Made by a program: the position numbers and the translations under genes. This document shows positions 35,848 to 45,685 of a stretch of 64,000 nucleotides of DNA, one piece after another. Source of the DNA: Lachnospiraceae bacterium UBA4260. GTDB lineage: Bacteria; Bacillota; Clostridia; Lachnospirales; Lachnospiraceae. The first letter of the stretch is position 1. Each line of letters opens with the position of its first letter. Below the pieces are notes generated by a model. That model saw nothing but the letters and a program-made list of their open reading frames with translations. It made no database searches and was not told the DNA's origin. The DNA is taken from positions 34,174 through 98,173 of the forward strand of contig DGWK01000008.1 in NCBI GenBank assembly GCA_002395235.1, written 5' to 3'.

Positions 35848-38508
35848 TTAATCTATTGCGTAAAGAGTATTATCATCTTTTGCAAAATAGGTCCTTACTC
35901 CGCCCAAAGAAACCGGCTTGGAATGATTATGTCCTTTACCATTGTCCCGTCTTTCGGTCTGTTCCTTGATCTTTTCCAATATCTCTACAAAATCATCGCC
36001 TCTGGCCGTCCCCCAGTAACAGCCGACTTCGTCGGGGTTAAACTGCGGTTGTCCAGTGGTAGAAGGATATATTTTGATTCCTATATACGGTATTCTGTGA
36101 CAGGAGGGACCGGGCCTGATAAATCGCAGCGGGCTTCCCTCACCGTATGGTTTCAGGAACATTGTTCTTGTTTGAGCTGCGATCGGCGACAGTTCGTCGT
36201 CTTCTCCTCTTGCAAATGCATATATGTGCAGTTTCCTGTCTTTCTTGAATTTTGGTTTCCAGAAGATCAGATACAGTATGTAACAAATGGTAAATATTAC
36301 ACAAAGCTCTATGATCAGCGTGATCCAGTCCGACAGCTTTCCCCTGACCTCGACCACAACTTCCTGCTGCGCCGAATTGGCGTCGAGCACCGCGACTGCA
36401 TGGTAATTGCCGGTCGTGATCAGATACGGGAACAGCAGTTTTCTGAAGAAGCCTGTGCGCGGTACTGCGCTGTAGCTTCCGTCATCGTTCTGGACCAGTT
36501 CAATCCTCGCGTTCAGGAATCCGACTCTGTTCAGCAGTAAACCAAAGTCATCTCTCTCCACCGTGACATTTTCTTTGTCCAGCTTCAATTGCCTCGTGCC
36601 TGTAGTCTCGTTCTTCGAGAGCCTTTGAGGATGACCGTCTCCGATACCGTCCCGATCGGCATCTTCATCTCTGACGATCCAGATTACAGGAGCTTTATCA
36701 ACATTTTCCTTTTTATTTAATTCCTTCCTGTAGAAGGATCCCGGGTCATTTTCCGCTTCAAGCGCGTAAACGGAAGGATTGGGGACGTTAAACTCAACAA
36801 TTTCCTGTGCCGTGATGTCCCCCGCCTCATAATCGCAGACAATGGCGTTATCTCCGGATAGGAGCTTTATGTCTCTGTATTCGTTCGAAGGTTTGCTACC
36901 CTCTTCATTTCCGTTGACCTGATACGAAATATTCCAGTTTTCAGCGGCGGACAGCTTTGCCGCGTCGATCGGCTCACCGGTATTCTTGTCAATTGCCTCT
37001 GCATTTACAGTGATCACATCATCCGCTTCAACGCTTCCGAGAAGATTGGTTCCGTCAATATTGTCATATACAATAATGTCCTCAACACTTCCCTTCTGAA
37101 TAATCTTTAAGTGAATACCGGGATCCGGTCTGTATTCCAGAACATCTATGCTGATCGTATTGGAGTGTACCGGTATCATCCCGGGGATCGTCATCTGCCC
37201 CGTAAAGCTGTAAGATCCGTGCTGTATATCGTCCACATTCATCGTAAATCCCGAAGCTGTTTCTGTTCCCTGGTCCCATTTCTCTACGATCCCATAGTCC
37301 GTGCCGGAAGGCAGCAGGCTCTTATCCATCTCCTTGCCTGTAGACGGATCCACCAATGTCATGCGAAGCTCTATATCACTCCCCTCCGTAACCTGGGCGC
37401 CCGTTTTGACTTCGTTTCCGTCTATAAACATTGTAAGGGCAAGAGTAACTGCGGGCTGATACATCAGGACAAGCGATTTCTTGTCAATCGGAGCTGAAAA
37501 CTCTATCGTATACTTTCCTGCGGGAATGACCTGATCCTGATTAGAGATAACGGACACATTTCCGTGTAGATTAGGAGATTCAATATCTTCAAACCCGACA
37601 ATGCGTTCACTCTCCGGTCCAAACACATCTTCCGGCTCAGGACTCTGTACTTTGGCATTATTAAAATCCAGTATCAGTTCATTTCCTTCCGTGTCCTCTG
37701 TTTTTGCAGAAGTCACTTCCGCCTGCGAATTCTGTGTGAAAGCTGAGAGACTGTAGAGAGGAATCCTGGAGCTGACTTCGATCGTCTTCTCGTCCACAAA
37801 TTTGATATCCTTATCGTCATATTTCAGACGGCCTGAGATAGCGTTGGCCACATCATTCAGAGTCTCTACAATGTTATCCGAGTTCACCGATTCGAGTCCG
37901 TTGGCCGAATCCTCCGGTACCTCTTCAGAATTACTGCCGATTCCATAATAGAAGACACGCAGGGGAGATCCGTTGCTCATCGGCTTACCCTTGAGCGCAT
38001 TACACGCTGCTATGATGTCATCGTATTGTGATTCTCTTCTCTGAAAGATGCCATCAGTCATGATCACAAGCCAATATTGTGTAGTGGGATCTGAATCGCT
38101 GATACTCTCCAGTTTTTCCTCCGCCACATCAACAGAATTCAGCGGAGTCAGATTCCAGTTTGTCATTTTTGTTCGAATCTCATCGGCCGCCGCCTGCGGG
38201 TCAGAGATGTCCACCTCCCTCGCTTCCAGCTCAGACATATACGTGATGTAAAATTCGTCCTGAGGATTCATCAGGGCCGCGAATACCTGTGTCGCGTAGT
38301 TGGCCTCAGCCCAGGAATCAAAAAGGGTCCCCTCATTATCCCCGTACATACTGGAAGAATCGTCGAACACCAACGACACGATCTTCTTTGGCGCCTTGAT
38401 CTCTGATCCGCTCCCTCCCTGAGAAGTGGCAGATGCGGGAACAATCGACGCCGCAAATACCGCCACTATTACAGTCAGACACAGAAGTAGTTTTTTCACG
38501 TTTTTCAT
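35848..38508 (-). CDS. Single-pass membrane vWA-domain protein with large extracellular beta-rich region
   Basis: Signal peptide, MIDAS FDDSSSM with VIMTDG, TM WITLIIELCVIFTICYILYLIFW then basic KPKFKK, about 120-aa cytoplasmic tail. Confidence 0.8.
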   Translation of the reverse strand: MKNVKKLLLCLTVIVAVFAASIVPASATSQGGSGSEIKAPKKIVSLVFDDSSSMYGDNEGTLFDSWAEANYATQVFAALMNPQDEFYITYMSELEAREVDISDPQAAADEIRTKMTNWNLTPLNSVDVAEEKLESISDSDPTTQYWLVIMTDGIFQRRESQYDDIIAACNALKGKPMSNGSPLRVFYYGIGSNSEEVPEDSANGLESVNSDNIVETLNDVANAISGRLKYDDKDIKFVDEKTIEVSSRIPLYSLSAFTQNSQAEVTSAKTEDTEGNELILDFNNAKVQSPEPEDVFGPESERIVGFEDIESPNLHGNVSVISNQDQVIPAGKYTIEFSAPIDKKSLVLMYQPAVTLALTMFIDGNEVKTGAQVTEGSDIELRMTLVDPSTGKEMDKSLLPSGTDYGIVEKWDQGTETASGFTMNVDDIQHGSYSFTGQMTIPGMIPVHSNTISIDVLEYRPDPGIHLKIIQKGSVEDIIVYDNIDGTNLLGSVEADDVITVNAEAIDKNTGEPIDAAKLSAAENWNISYQVNGNEEGSKPSNEYRDIKLLSGDNAIVCDYEAGDITAQEIVEFNVPNPSVYALEAENDPGSFYRKELNKKENVDKAPVIWIVRDEDADRDGIGDGHPQRLSKNETTGTRQLKLDKENVTVERDDFGLLLNRVGFLNARIELVQNDDGSYSAVPRTGFFRKLLFPYLITTGNYHAVAVLDANSAQQEVVVEVRGKLSDWITLIIELCVIFTICYILYLIFWKPKFKKDRKLHIYAFARGEDDELSPIAAQTRTMFLKPYGEGSPLRFIRPGPSCHRIPYIGIKIYPSTTGQPQFNPDEVGCYWGTARGDDFVEILEKIKEQTERRDNGKGHNHSKPVSLGGVRTYFAKDDNTLYAID

Positions 38509-38672
38509 CTCGTCCCCCTGTTATATATTGCGCAAGCAATCCATAAATCATCCTCTTATATAATAAACAAATCACACTACTTGTACAAATTATAAATCTA
38601 AATCCTTTGAATATTGTGTAATTTTCTACATAAATCAAATCTTTTTCTGCTTTTTCTTCCGAATTCTCCGTC

Positions 38673-38702
38673 AAAAAAACGGCAGTGTATAACTGCCGTT
38701 TT
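38673..38702 (-). terminator. Terminator of the alpha/beta hydrolase gene; marks the upstream boundary of operon 1
   Basis: Minus strand aaaacggcag-ttataca-ctgccgttttttt. Confidence 0.7.
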
Positions 38703-38740
38703 CCGCGTGCTCATATAGCCCACTCCATGCGTAAAATTGT

Positions 38741-39586
38741 TCAATGCTTCCGCCACTCCTCCAGCCACTCATGCACAAGCGTGACCCACTGCACCGCCGT
38801 CGTGTCCATGATCCTCTTATCGGACCTCGTGCGCCAGTCCGCCAGACTCATGCCGTGCACGTCGCCGGGGAATATATGATATTCCACGGGCTTTCTGGCC
38901 CTGACCAGTTCTGTGGCAAAATAGAGCGAGTTCTCCAGCGGCACCGCATTATCATAGGAGGTGTGCCACATGAAGACGGGAGGCACATCCTTCAGGTCCT
39001 GCTTTTCCAGAGACATCTTTTCCAGCCAGAGCGGGTCGCTTCGCCTTTCTTCTCCCAGCAGATCGTCAAAAGAGCCCCTGTGCGCGTATTCTCCCGAAGT
39101 GATCACAGGATAGCACAGGATCAACCCGTTCGGCCAGATCTGCTCTGCCGCAAGCTGCAGGCCGTTCTCCTCCCGGATCTTCGCAAACCATTCCGTATTC
39201 CAGAAAACTCCAAGAGACGCAGCCAGGTGACCGCCAGCCGAAAATCCAAGGACTGCGATTCGCTCCGGATCGATGCGCATTTCTGCCGCGTGCTCCCTTA
39301 TATAAGCCATCGCTCTCGACAGTTCCAGAAGCGCGGTCGGAAAGACGGCCGGCGCGCAGGAATAGCGCAGGACCGCCGTGTGATAGCCCATGGCGTTAAA
39401 CTGCATCGCGACGATCTCCGCCTCCCTGTCTGAGGTGTGACTGTATCCGCCGCCCGGGCAGACCAGGACCAGCGGCCGCTCCTGCACCGTGAAACTGTCT
39501 GTGACCTCCAGAAAGAAAGTCTCCAGATAGGCGTCTGCGCGGGTCCCCGGGACCCGGATCTCCTCTTTCAAAATATTGTGGATCAT
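38741..39586 (-). CDS. Alpha/beta hydrolase (acetyl/carboxylesterase-like)
   Basis: CPGGGY, GFSAGGHLA, D (SYDNAV) and H (DVHGMS) of the triad. Confidence 0.88.
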   Translation of the reverse strand: MIHNILKEEIRVPGTRADAYLETFFLEVTDSFTVQERPLVLVCPGGGYSHTSDREAEIVAMQFNAMGYHTAVLRYSCAPAVFPTALLELSRAMAYIREHAAEMRIDPERIAVLGFSAGGHLAASLGVFWNTEWFAKIREENGLQLAAEQIWPNGLILCYPVITSGEYAHRGSFDDLLGEERRSDPLWLEKMSLEKQDLKDVPPVFMWHTSYDNAVPLENSLYFATELVRARKPVEYHIFPGDVHGMSLADWRTRSDKRIMDTTAVQWVTLVHEWLEEWRKH

Positions 39587-39734
39587 ACTTCTAACTCCTC
39601 TTGAAATAATACTTTACATATCTGCCGGTTATGTCATAAATTGTTATTATTCAGCCCCCGGAATGCGCAGCATTTGGGATGTGGTGCGCTGAATAGTTAT
39701 GTTGCTTTATGATTTTCAGAAAGGATCACCACAC

Positions 39735-40058
39735 ATGGGATTTTTAGACATACTGTTCAATAAAACCGATATCAACGCCGCCGTCGAAGAATTCAGAAAC
39801 ACACCGGGCGCTTATCTGATCGACGTCAGAACAGGCCCCGAATACGAGGCCGGCCATATCGAGGGAAGCATTAATGTGCCCCTGAACAGCGTTCACTTTA
39901 TCGTCAACCACGTCCGTGACATCGAGGCCCCTGTCTACGTCTACTGCCAGAGCGGCGCGCGCTCGGGCCAGGCCACTTCCATGTTCCGGGAAATGGGCTA
40001 CAAAAATGTCAAGAATATCGGCGGCGTGAACCGCTACAAAGGGAAGCTCGTGCGCTGA
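39735..40058 (+). CDS. Rhodanese-like domain protein
   Basis: LIDVRTGPEYEAGHIEGSINVPL, VYCQSGARS. Confidence 0.9.
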   Translation: MGFLDILFNKTDINAAVEEFRNTPGAYLIDVRTGPEYEAGHIEGSINVPLNSVHFIVNHVRDIEAPVYVYCQSGARSGQATSMFREMGYKNVKNIGGVNRYKGKLVR

Positions 40059-40161
40059 AAGAGGCGCACATGTGATGCGACGGCTTTCCTTGTGCCCCGG
40101 TACCAAATGCTGCCGCACGCCTTGCGCTTCCGCGCCGGACAATATTCTCTCACATAGTCCC

Positions 40162-40809
40162 TTATACCGGGCGGTACACCCTCACATAATCCCCCGTGCC
40201 GGCCGCCTCCTCGTCATAATTTCCATACATCATACCCTGCAGGCTCAGGTCGAGGATCTCGTGATAGCCGCATCTCTCCAGGAGGGCTCTGTTTTGGCTC
40301 AGCTTCTCCGTATCCTCGATCGCCTCTCCGTACAGCTCTGCCACCGGCGCCGGCGAGATGCCCACCGCGCGGATCCGGATATTCATCGCGTGATACAGGA
40401 TGCGGTCCAGGTGCATCAGAAGATAGCTGCAGATCCCCCTGTTCCTGAACGGCGGCATCACAAAGACACCCTGCAGATACCCCGAGAATCCCTGTCTGTT
40501 TTGCCACTCTTCTGTCTTGGCGCACAGCTCCTGACATCCGTTAAAAGCTTCCGCCAGCGCGACTTCCTCCCTGCCGATGGGATCCGCCGTGTTCAGGATG
40601 TCCATGCCGCTCGCGTACACCAGGTTCTCATCGTAGAGCTTTCCCCAGAGCTTGGCGCACAGCTCTCCGCGGCACCACACCGTCACGTTGAAATTCATGC
40701 CAAAATAGTCATTGGCCTCATCATTTTCCTTCGGCGTCAGTTCAAGCTGGAAGGAATCGTACTCCATTCTTGTCGAAAACACTTTCAAAGTATAGACTTC
40801 TCTGTTCAT
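40162..40809 (-). CDS. Hypothetical protein, possible GNAT fold
   Basis: LQGVFVMPPFRNRGICSYLL resembles the GNAT acetyl-CoA-binding motif A. Confidence 0.55.
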   Translation of the reverse strand: MNREVYTLKVFSTRMEYDSFQLELTPKENDEANDYFGMNFNVTVWCRGELCAKLWGKLYDENLVYASGMDILNTADPIGREEVALAEAFNGCQELCAKTEEWQNRQGFSGYLQGVFVMPPFRNRGICSYLLMHLDRILYHAMNIRIRAVGISPAPVAELYGEAIEDTEKLSQNRALLERCGYHEILDLSLQGMMYGNYDEEAAGTGDYVRVYRPV

Positions 40810-40990
40810 AGAAATCTCCGTTCAGTTCGTTGCAAGGTTTATTTGTTTTTTGTTTTACAGGGCGATTTGTCTCCTGCCACGCCGCAAAAATGTGCCAATA
40901 TGAGTGCAATATTTAATGTAGAAATTTTCGTAATTAGTGTGTTATAATGCCACGTGATTTACGAATAAAAGCAATAAAGGAGAATGAATC

Positions 40991-42400
40991 TTGGCATCCA
41001 ACACTAATCCCAAAGAAAACAAGATGGGCGTAATGCCGGTCAAAAGACTGATCATCAGCATGGCACTCCCCATGATGATCTCCATGCTCGTGCAGGCCCT
41101 TTACAATGTCGTAGACAGTATCTTCGTGGCAAGGCTCGGAGAAGATGCGCTCTCGGCCGTCACCTATGCATTCCCGCTGCAGAATCTGATGATCGCGGTC
41201 GGCTCCGGTACCGGCGTCGGTATGAACGCCCTGCTCTCCCGTTCTCTTGGAGAAAAGCGGTTCGATAAATCCGACTCCGCCGCCAACATGGGCATTTTTC
41301 TCACGTTCTGCAGTTTCATAGTATTTTTGCTCTTCGCTCTTTTCGGCTCCCACTGGGCCGTAGCCGTTCAGCTGGGCAGCAGCACAAGCGAATCCGCCGC
41401 GCAGATCATCGCGGACGGCCACGCTTACCTGTCGATCGTGACCGGCCTCTCTCTCGGCCTTTTCTTCCAGATGACCTTTGAGAGACTTCTGCAGTCCACC
41501 GGGCGCACGCAGCTGAGCATGATCAGCCAGACCACCGGCGCGGTCATCAACATCATTTTCGACCCGATCATGATCTTCGGCCTTTTCGGTTTCCCCAGGC
41601 TCGGCGTCGCAGGCGCCGCCTATGCCACCGTGCTCGGCCAGAGCGTCGCGGCACTGCTGGGTCTCTACATGAACCTGAAGTTCAACAGCGATATCCATCT
41701 GAGCTGGAAGAGCATCCTTCGTCCGGACCTCGACACGATCAAGCGAATCTATGCCGTCGGCATTCCTTCTATCCTGATGATGTCCATCGGATCCATCATG
41801 ACCTACGGCATGAACATGATCCTGACTGCCTTTTCAACGACAGCAACTGCCGTATTCGGCGTTTACTTTAAGCTCCAGAGCTTCTTCTTCATGCCGGTCT
41901 TTGGTCTCAACAACGGGCTGATCCCTGTTTTGGCCTATAATTACGGTGCGAGAAGAAAGGACCGTATTGACGAGGCCCTGAAGTTCTCCTTCGGCGTTGC
42001 GATCACGATCATGCTCTGCGGAACGCTGATCATGCACCTCTTCCCCGATGTGCTGCTCCGCTTCTTCAATGCGGACGCGGCAATGCTCGAGATCGGCATC
42101 CCGGCGCAGAGGATCATCAGCCTGTGCTTCCCCTTTGCCGCCATCGGCATCATCTCCGGTTCCATCTTCCAGGCCTTCTCACAGAGTATCTACTCTCTGA
42201 TCATCTCGCTCGGAAGACAGCTGGTAGTCCTGCTGCCCGTCGCCTGGCTCCTGTCCAAGACAGGGGATGTCACCAATGTCTGGTGGGCTTTCCCCATCGC
42301 TGAGGGCGTCTCCGTTGTCCTCTCCTTCATCTTCTTCAGAAAGATCTATGGGCAGGTTGTGAAGCCGCTGGAGAAGCCGAAGGAGGAGGCGGGCAGGTGA
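40991..42400 (+). CDS. MATE-family efflux transporter
   Basis: MALPMMISMLVQALYNVVDSIFVARLGEDALSAV, about 12 TMs with internal repeat. Confidence 0.93.
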   Translation: MASNTNPKENKMGVMPVKRLIISMALPMMISMLVQALYNVVDSIFVARLGEDALSAVTYAFPLQNLMIAVGSGTGVGMNALLSRSLGEKRFDKSDSAANMGIFLTFCSFIVFLLFALFGSHWAVAVQLGSSTSESAAQIIADGHAYLSIVTGLSLGLFFQMTFERLLQSTGRTQLSMISQTTGAVINIIFDPIMIFGLFGFPRLGVAGAAYATVLGQSVAALLGLYMNLKFNSDIHLSWKSILRPDLDTIKRIYAVGIPSILMMSIGSIMTYGMNMILTAFSTTATAVFGVYFKLQSFFFMPVFGLNNGLIPVLAYNYGARRKDRIDEALKFSFGVAITIMLCGTLIMHLFPDVLLRFFNADAAMLEIGIPAQRIISLCFPFAAIGIISGSIFQAFSQSIYSLIISLGRQLVVLLPVAWLLSKTGDVTNVWWAFPIAEGVSVVLSFIFFRKIYGQVVKPLEKPKEEAGR

Positions 42401-42519
42401 GAGCGACGTAGGGAGATGCGGGCACGTATGAGTGCCGCGGGAGGAAGCAGGATTTCATGAAGTTCTCCCATAGGGAGGCCGGTTTATAAGATTTCTTCCC
42501 AAGGCTGAAATAATTTCTC

Positions 42520-43320
42520 TCAAGGAATCCTCTCTCCGAGGTCTCCCAACGAAATATAGTTTTCTCCCGACGCTTCTTTTGTCAGAAGATCCAATCTGTG
42601 GACCTGCAGCGCAAAAGGCGGAAGTTCATGACCACAGGACCGGAACATCTCTCCAAAGAGCTGTTCCGGTTTTAAATTGTCTCCGACGCTGCAGCACAGG
42701 CGCATGTAAACCCTGGTCCCGGCGCCGGCAGGCCCGTAAAACGGGCCGTCGCCTGCTTCCGGCGCACCTGATTCCCGCATTGCACTGCTCTGCTGCGCAT
42801 TTATCTGTTCATACCCATCGCGGATCTCCATATCGTAGATCCACTCCTTCATATCGACTTCCCGGGTGCCTTTCTTGGTCTCCTTAATCCAGGGAATACT
42901 TTCCCTGGCACAGAATTCCTCAAGAGCCTTCTTCCAATCCCAGTCCGGCTCGAATCCCTCCCGGAACCATACTTCGTAATCTGCGGCGGCCACGATCGTC
43001 ATCGCCTTCATCTTCTTTCCGCCGTCTACTTCGCGAAAATCCAGGATGTCCAAGCCTTCACACATATATTTCCCCAGCTGCTGCATGGCTTTTTCGGTAG
43101 AGATCGGCTCCTCCAGCTCTATATCCATGTATTCCGCGCTGCTGGTCGGCCCGACGCCCAGCGGCATCGCGAAAGACATGACCATCCTCTGATGCATCCC
43201 CTCGTCATATTTGACCGGGATATCCGTCCGTCTCACAGCCCTCATCAGGTACTTCATGAGCTCAAGGTGTCCTATGAACTTCATGGGTCCGTATTTTGCG
43301 AACTTAACTCTGACTCTCAA
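42520..43320 (-). CDS. Radical SAM-linked protein (TIGR03936/DUF2344-like)
   Basis: RVKFAKYGPMKFIGHLELM, SFAMPLGVG..SSAEYMDI; follows the radical SAM gene. Confidence 0.85.
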   Translation of the reverse strand: MRVRVKFAKYGPMKFIGHLELMKYLMRAVRRTDIPVKYDEGMHQRMVMSFAMPLGVGPTSSAEYMDIELEEPISTEKAMQQLGKYMCEGLDILDFREVDGGKKMKAMTIVAAADYEVWFREGFEPDWDWKKALEEFCARESIPWIKETKKGTREVDMKEWIYDMEIRDGYEQINAQQSSAMRESGAPEAGDGPFYGPAGAGTRVYMRLCCSVGDNLKPEQLFGEMFRSCGHELPPFALQVHRLDLLTKEASGENYISLGDLGERIP

Positions 43321-43774
43321 TGGAATCCTCCACTCTTTATTGTAACTCGCGCGCGGATTCGCAGATGCTTCCTAAAGACATGCCCGTGCGCCGGCAACGC
43401 GCGCTCCTCGCTCCGCGCCGGCAGCCCACACCGACACTCCTGCGCGCCATCAACGCGCGCTCCTCGCTCCGCGCCCCGATTTTAGGCATAACGCTCCATA
43501 TCAAGAAAAACAAATTCCAATGCCTTTGAGAAATTACTGATTTCCGGCCAATTCAGGAAGTCTTTTTCCATAGCTTTAGGCAAGAAAGCTTCCTATGGAC
43601 AATTCATCTTCCAATCTCAGCTCTTAGCACTTGCACTTGAGAAATAATTGGGAGATGAATTTGTCAATCACCGCGTTTATGCCTAATCTGCGCGATGAAA
43701 GCCCCGCGCGCGCCGGCCTCGCCGGCACCGCGCCCCAGAAACACCCCCGCGCGCCCCAGAAACCGACGCGCCCA

Positions 43775-45664
43775 TCATCGCTTACAAATCCCTGCCCCAA
43801 ATCTCGCCGCCCCACACCCCGAGCACTGCTCCTTGCAATTGGGCGTGATGACGCCTTCCTGCGCCCGCTTCCACTCGCGCAGCAAAAAGGCCTTCGTGAC
43901 GCCGATATCGATGAAATCCCAGGGCAGGATCTCGTCCACGGATCTCTCCCGCAGGGCGAAGAAATTCATGTCGACGCCCGTATTCTCACAGGCCTTAAGC
44001 CAGCGGGAATAGTCCCAGGTCTCGATCCAGGCGTCGTACATGGCGCCCAGTCGGTAGGCTTCCAGAATCACCGCCGCGCAGCGCCTGTCGCCGCGCGCCA
44101 GGAATCCTTCCAGGACCGTGCCGTCCGCCTCGTGGTACTTGTACCAGATGCTGCGGCGGTTGAGGACTTCCTGGATGCCGTCATAGACCGTGCCCGCGAA
44201 CTCCAGATACTGCTCGGGCGTGTACATGGGCGCCCACTGAAGCGGCGTGAACGGTTTGGGGACGAAGAAGGATGTGCTCACCGTGATATCGCACCGCCCG
44301 TTTCTCTTCTCCTTGGGCACCTCCTGGAAATAGGCCACGGCGATCTTGTTGGCCAGCTCCGCGATCTCCCGCCTGTCCTGCGGCGTCTCCGTGGGCAGAC
44401 CCAGCATGAAATAGAGCTTGACCTTCTTCCATCCTCCGCGGAAGGCCTCTCGCGCGCCGTGCAGGATCTCCTCCTCCGTGATTCCCTTGTTTATGACGTC
44501 TCTGAGCCTCTGAGAGCCCGCCTCCGGGGCAAAGGTCAGATTCCCCCGCCTTGCGTCCTGAAGCCTCGCCATGACGTCGAGAGAGAAGGAATCGATGCGG
44601 AGCGAAGGCAGCTGCAGCGTTGTGCCGCGCGGCCCGTATGTATCCACAATGTAATTGACCAGTTCCTTGATGCAGGTATAGTCGCTGGAACTGAGAGAGC
44701 TGAGGGTGAAGTCGTCCTGCCCTGTGTTCTCTATGAGCTGGTCCGTGTACGATTTGAGCCTGTCAAAAGACCGCTCCCTGTTAGGCCTGTAGATCATGCC
44801 CGCCTGGCAGAAGCGGCAGCCTCGGATGCAGCCCCTCTGGATCTCGACCACCGCCCGGTCCTGCGTGACCTGAATGAAGGGCACCAGCTGATGCAGCGGA
44901 TAAGGAGCCGTGTCGAGATCCTTCACCGTCTGCTTCAGGATCTTTTCCGGTACTCCCGGAACAGTGGGTGCAAAGGACGCGATCGTTCCGTCCTCTTTGT
45001 AGGTCACCTCGTAGAGAGACGGGACATAGATGCCGGGCACCTGCCTGGCCGCCTCGATCAGGAACTCCCGGCGGCTCCTGCCGGCCGCTTTCATCTCCTT
45101 ATAAAGATCCAGCAGCTGGTCGTAGACGGTCTCCCCTTCTCCGATGTAGAACATGTCGAAGAACTCCGCGATCGGCTCCGGATTGTAGGAACAGGGTCCC
45201 CCGCCGATGACAATCGGTACCGATTCGTCCCTCTCCGAGGCCTTGAGCGGAATCCCGGACAGGTCCAGGATCTGCAGCACATTCGTGTAGCAGAGCTCAA
45301 ACTGCAGCGTGATCCCCAGGAAATCGAAGTCCCGGATCGGATCCTGCGACTCCAATGCAAAAAGCGGGATCCTTCGCTCCCGCAATATTTTGTCCAGGTC
45401 CAGCCAGGGGGAGTACACCCGCTCACACCAGGTGTCCTCCCTGCGGTTGAACATATCGTATAAAATTTGAATTCCAAGGTGGGACATGCCCACCTCATAG
45501 ACGTCCGGGAAGCACATCGCGAAGCGGATCTCTATTTTGTCACGGTCCTTGTAGACCGCGTTCCCCTCGTTGCCGATGTACCGCGCCGGCTTCTGCACGC
45601 TGAGCAGCACGTCGTCGCTAAGTGCCAGCGTTCTCATTTTCCCCGCAGTTCCGTATACTGTCAT
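43775..45664 (-). CDS. B12-binding radical SAM protein (TIGR03960-like)
   Basis: VQKPARYIGNE, FPDVYEVGMSHLG, CxxxCxxC = CIRGCRFCQAG, TFAPEAGSQRLRDVINK. Confidence 0.9.
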   Translation of the reverse strand: MTVYGTAGKMRTLALSDDVLLSVQKPARYIGNEGNAVYKDRDKIEIRFAMCFPDVYEVGMSHLGIQILYDMFNRREDTWCERVYSPWLDLDKILRERRIPLFALESQDPIRDFDFLGITLQFELCYTNVLQILDLSGIPLKASERDESVPIVIGGGPCSYNPEPIAEFFDMFYIGEGETVYDQLLDLYKEMKAAGRSRREFLIEAARQVPGIYVPSLYEVTYKEDGTIASFAPTVPGVPEKILKQTVKDLDTAPYPLHQLVPFIQVTQDRAVVEIQRGCIRGCRFCQAGMIYRPNRERSFDRLKSYTDQLIENTGQDDFTLSSLSSSDYTCIKELVNYIVDTYGPRGTTLQLPSLRIDSFSLDVMARLQDARRGNLTFAPEAGSQRLRDVINKGITEEEILHGAREAFRGGWKKVKLYFMLGLPTETPQDRREIAELANKIAVAYFQEVPKEKRNGRCDITVSTSFFVPKPFTPLQWAPMYTPEQYLEFAGTVYDGIQEVLNRRSIWYKYHEADGTVLEGFLARGDRRCAAVILEAYRLGAMYDAWIETWDYSRWLKACENTGVDMNFFALRERSVDEILPWDFIDIGVTKAFLLREWKRAQEGVITPNCKEQCSGCGAARFGAGICKR

Positions 45665-45685
45665 TGCTTCTCTCTATACTTTCTA

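Noticed and set aside
20700-38700. Integrative element with att sites
   Set aside because: No integrase, transposase, tRNA or flanking direct repeat could be identified by eye; only the compositional shift supports horizontal origin.
43631-45463. 610-aa plus-strand ORF (also 1436-2710, 16909-18030, 18060-19079, 22883-24313, 58355-59572, 60236-61555)
   Set aside because: Antisense shadows of well-supported genes, as expected in GC-rich coding DNA; no motifs.
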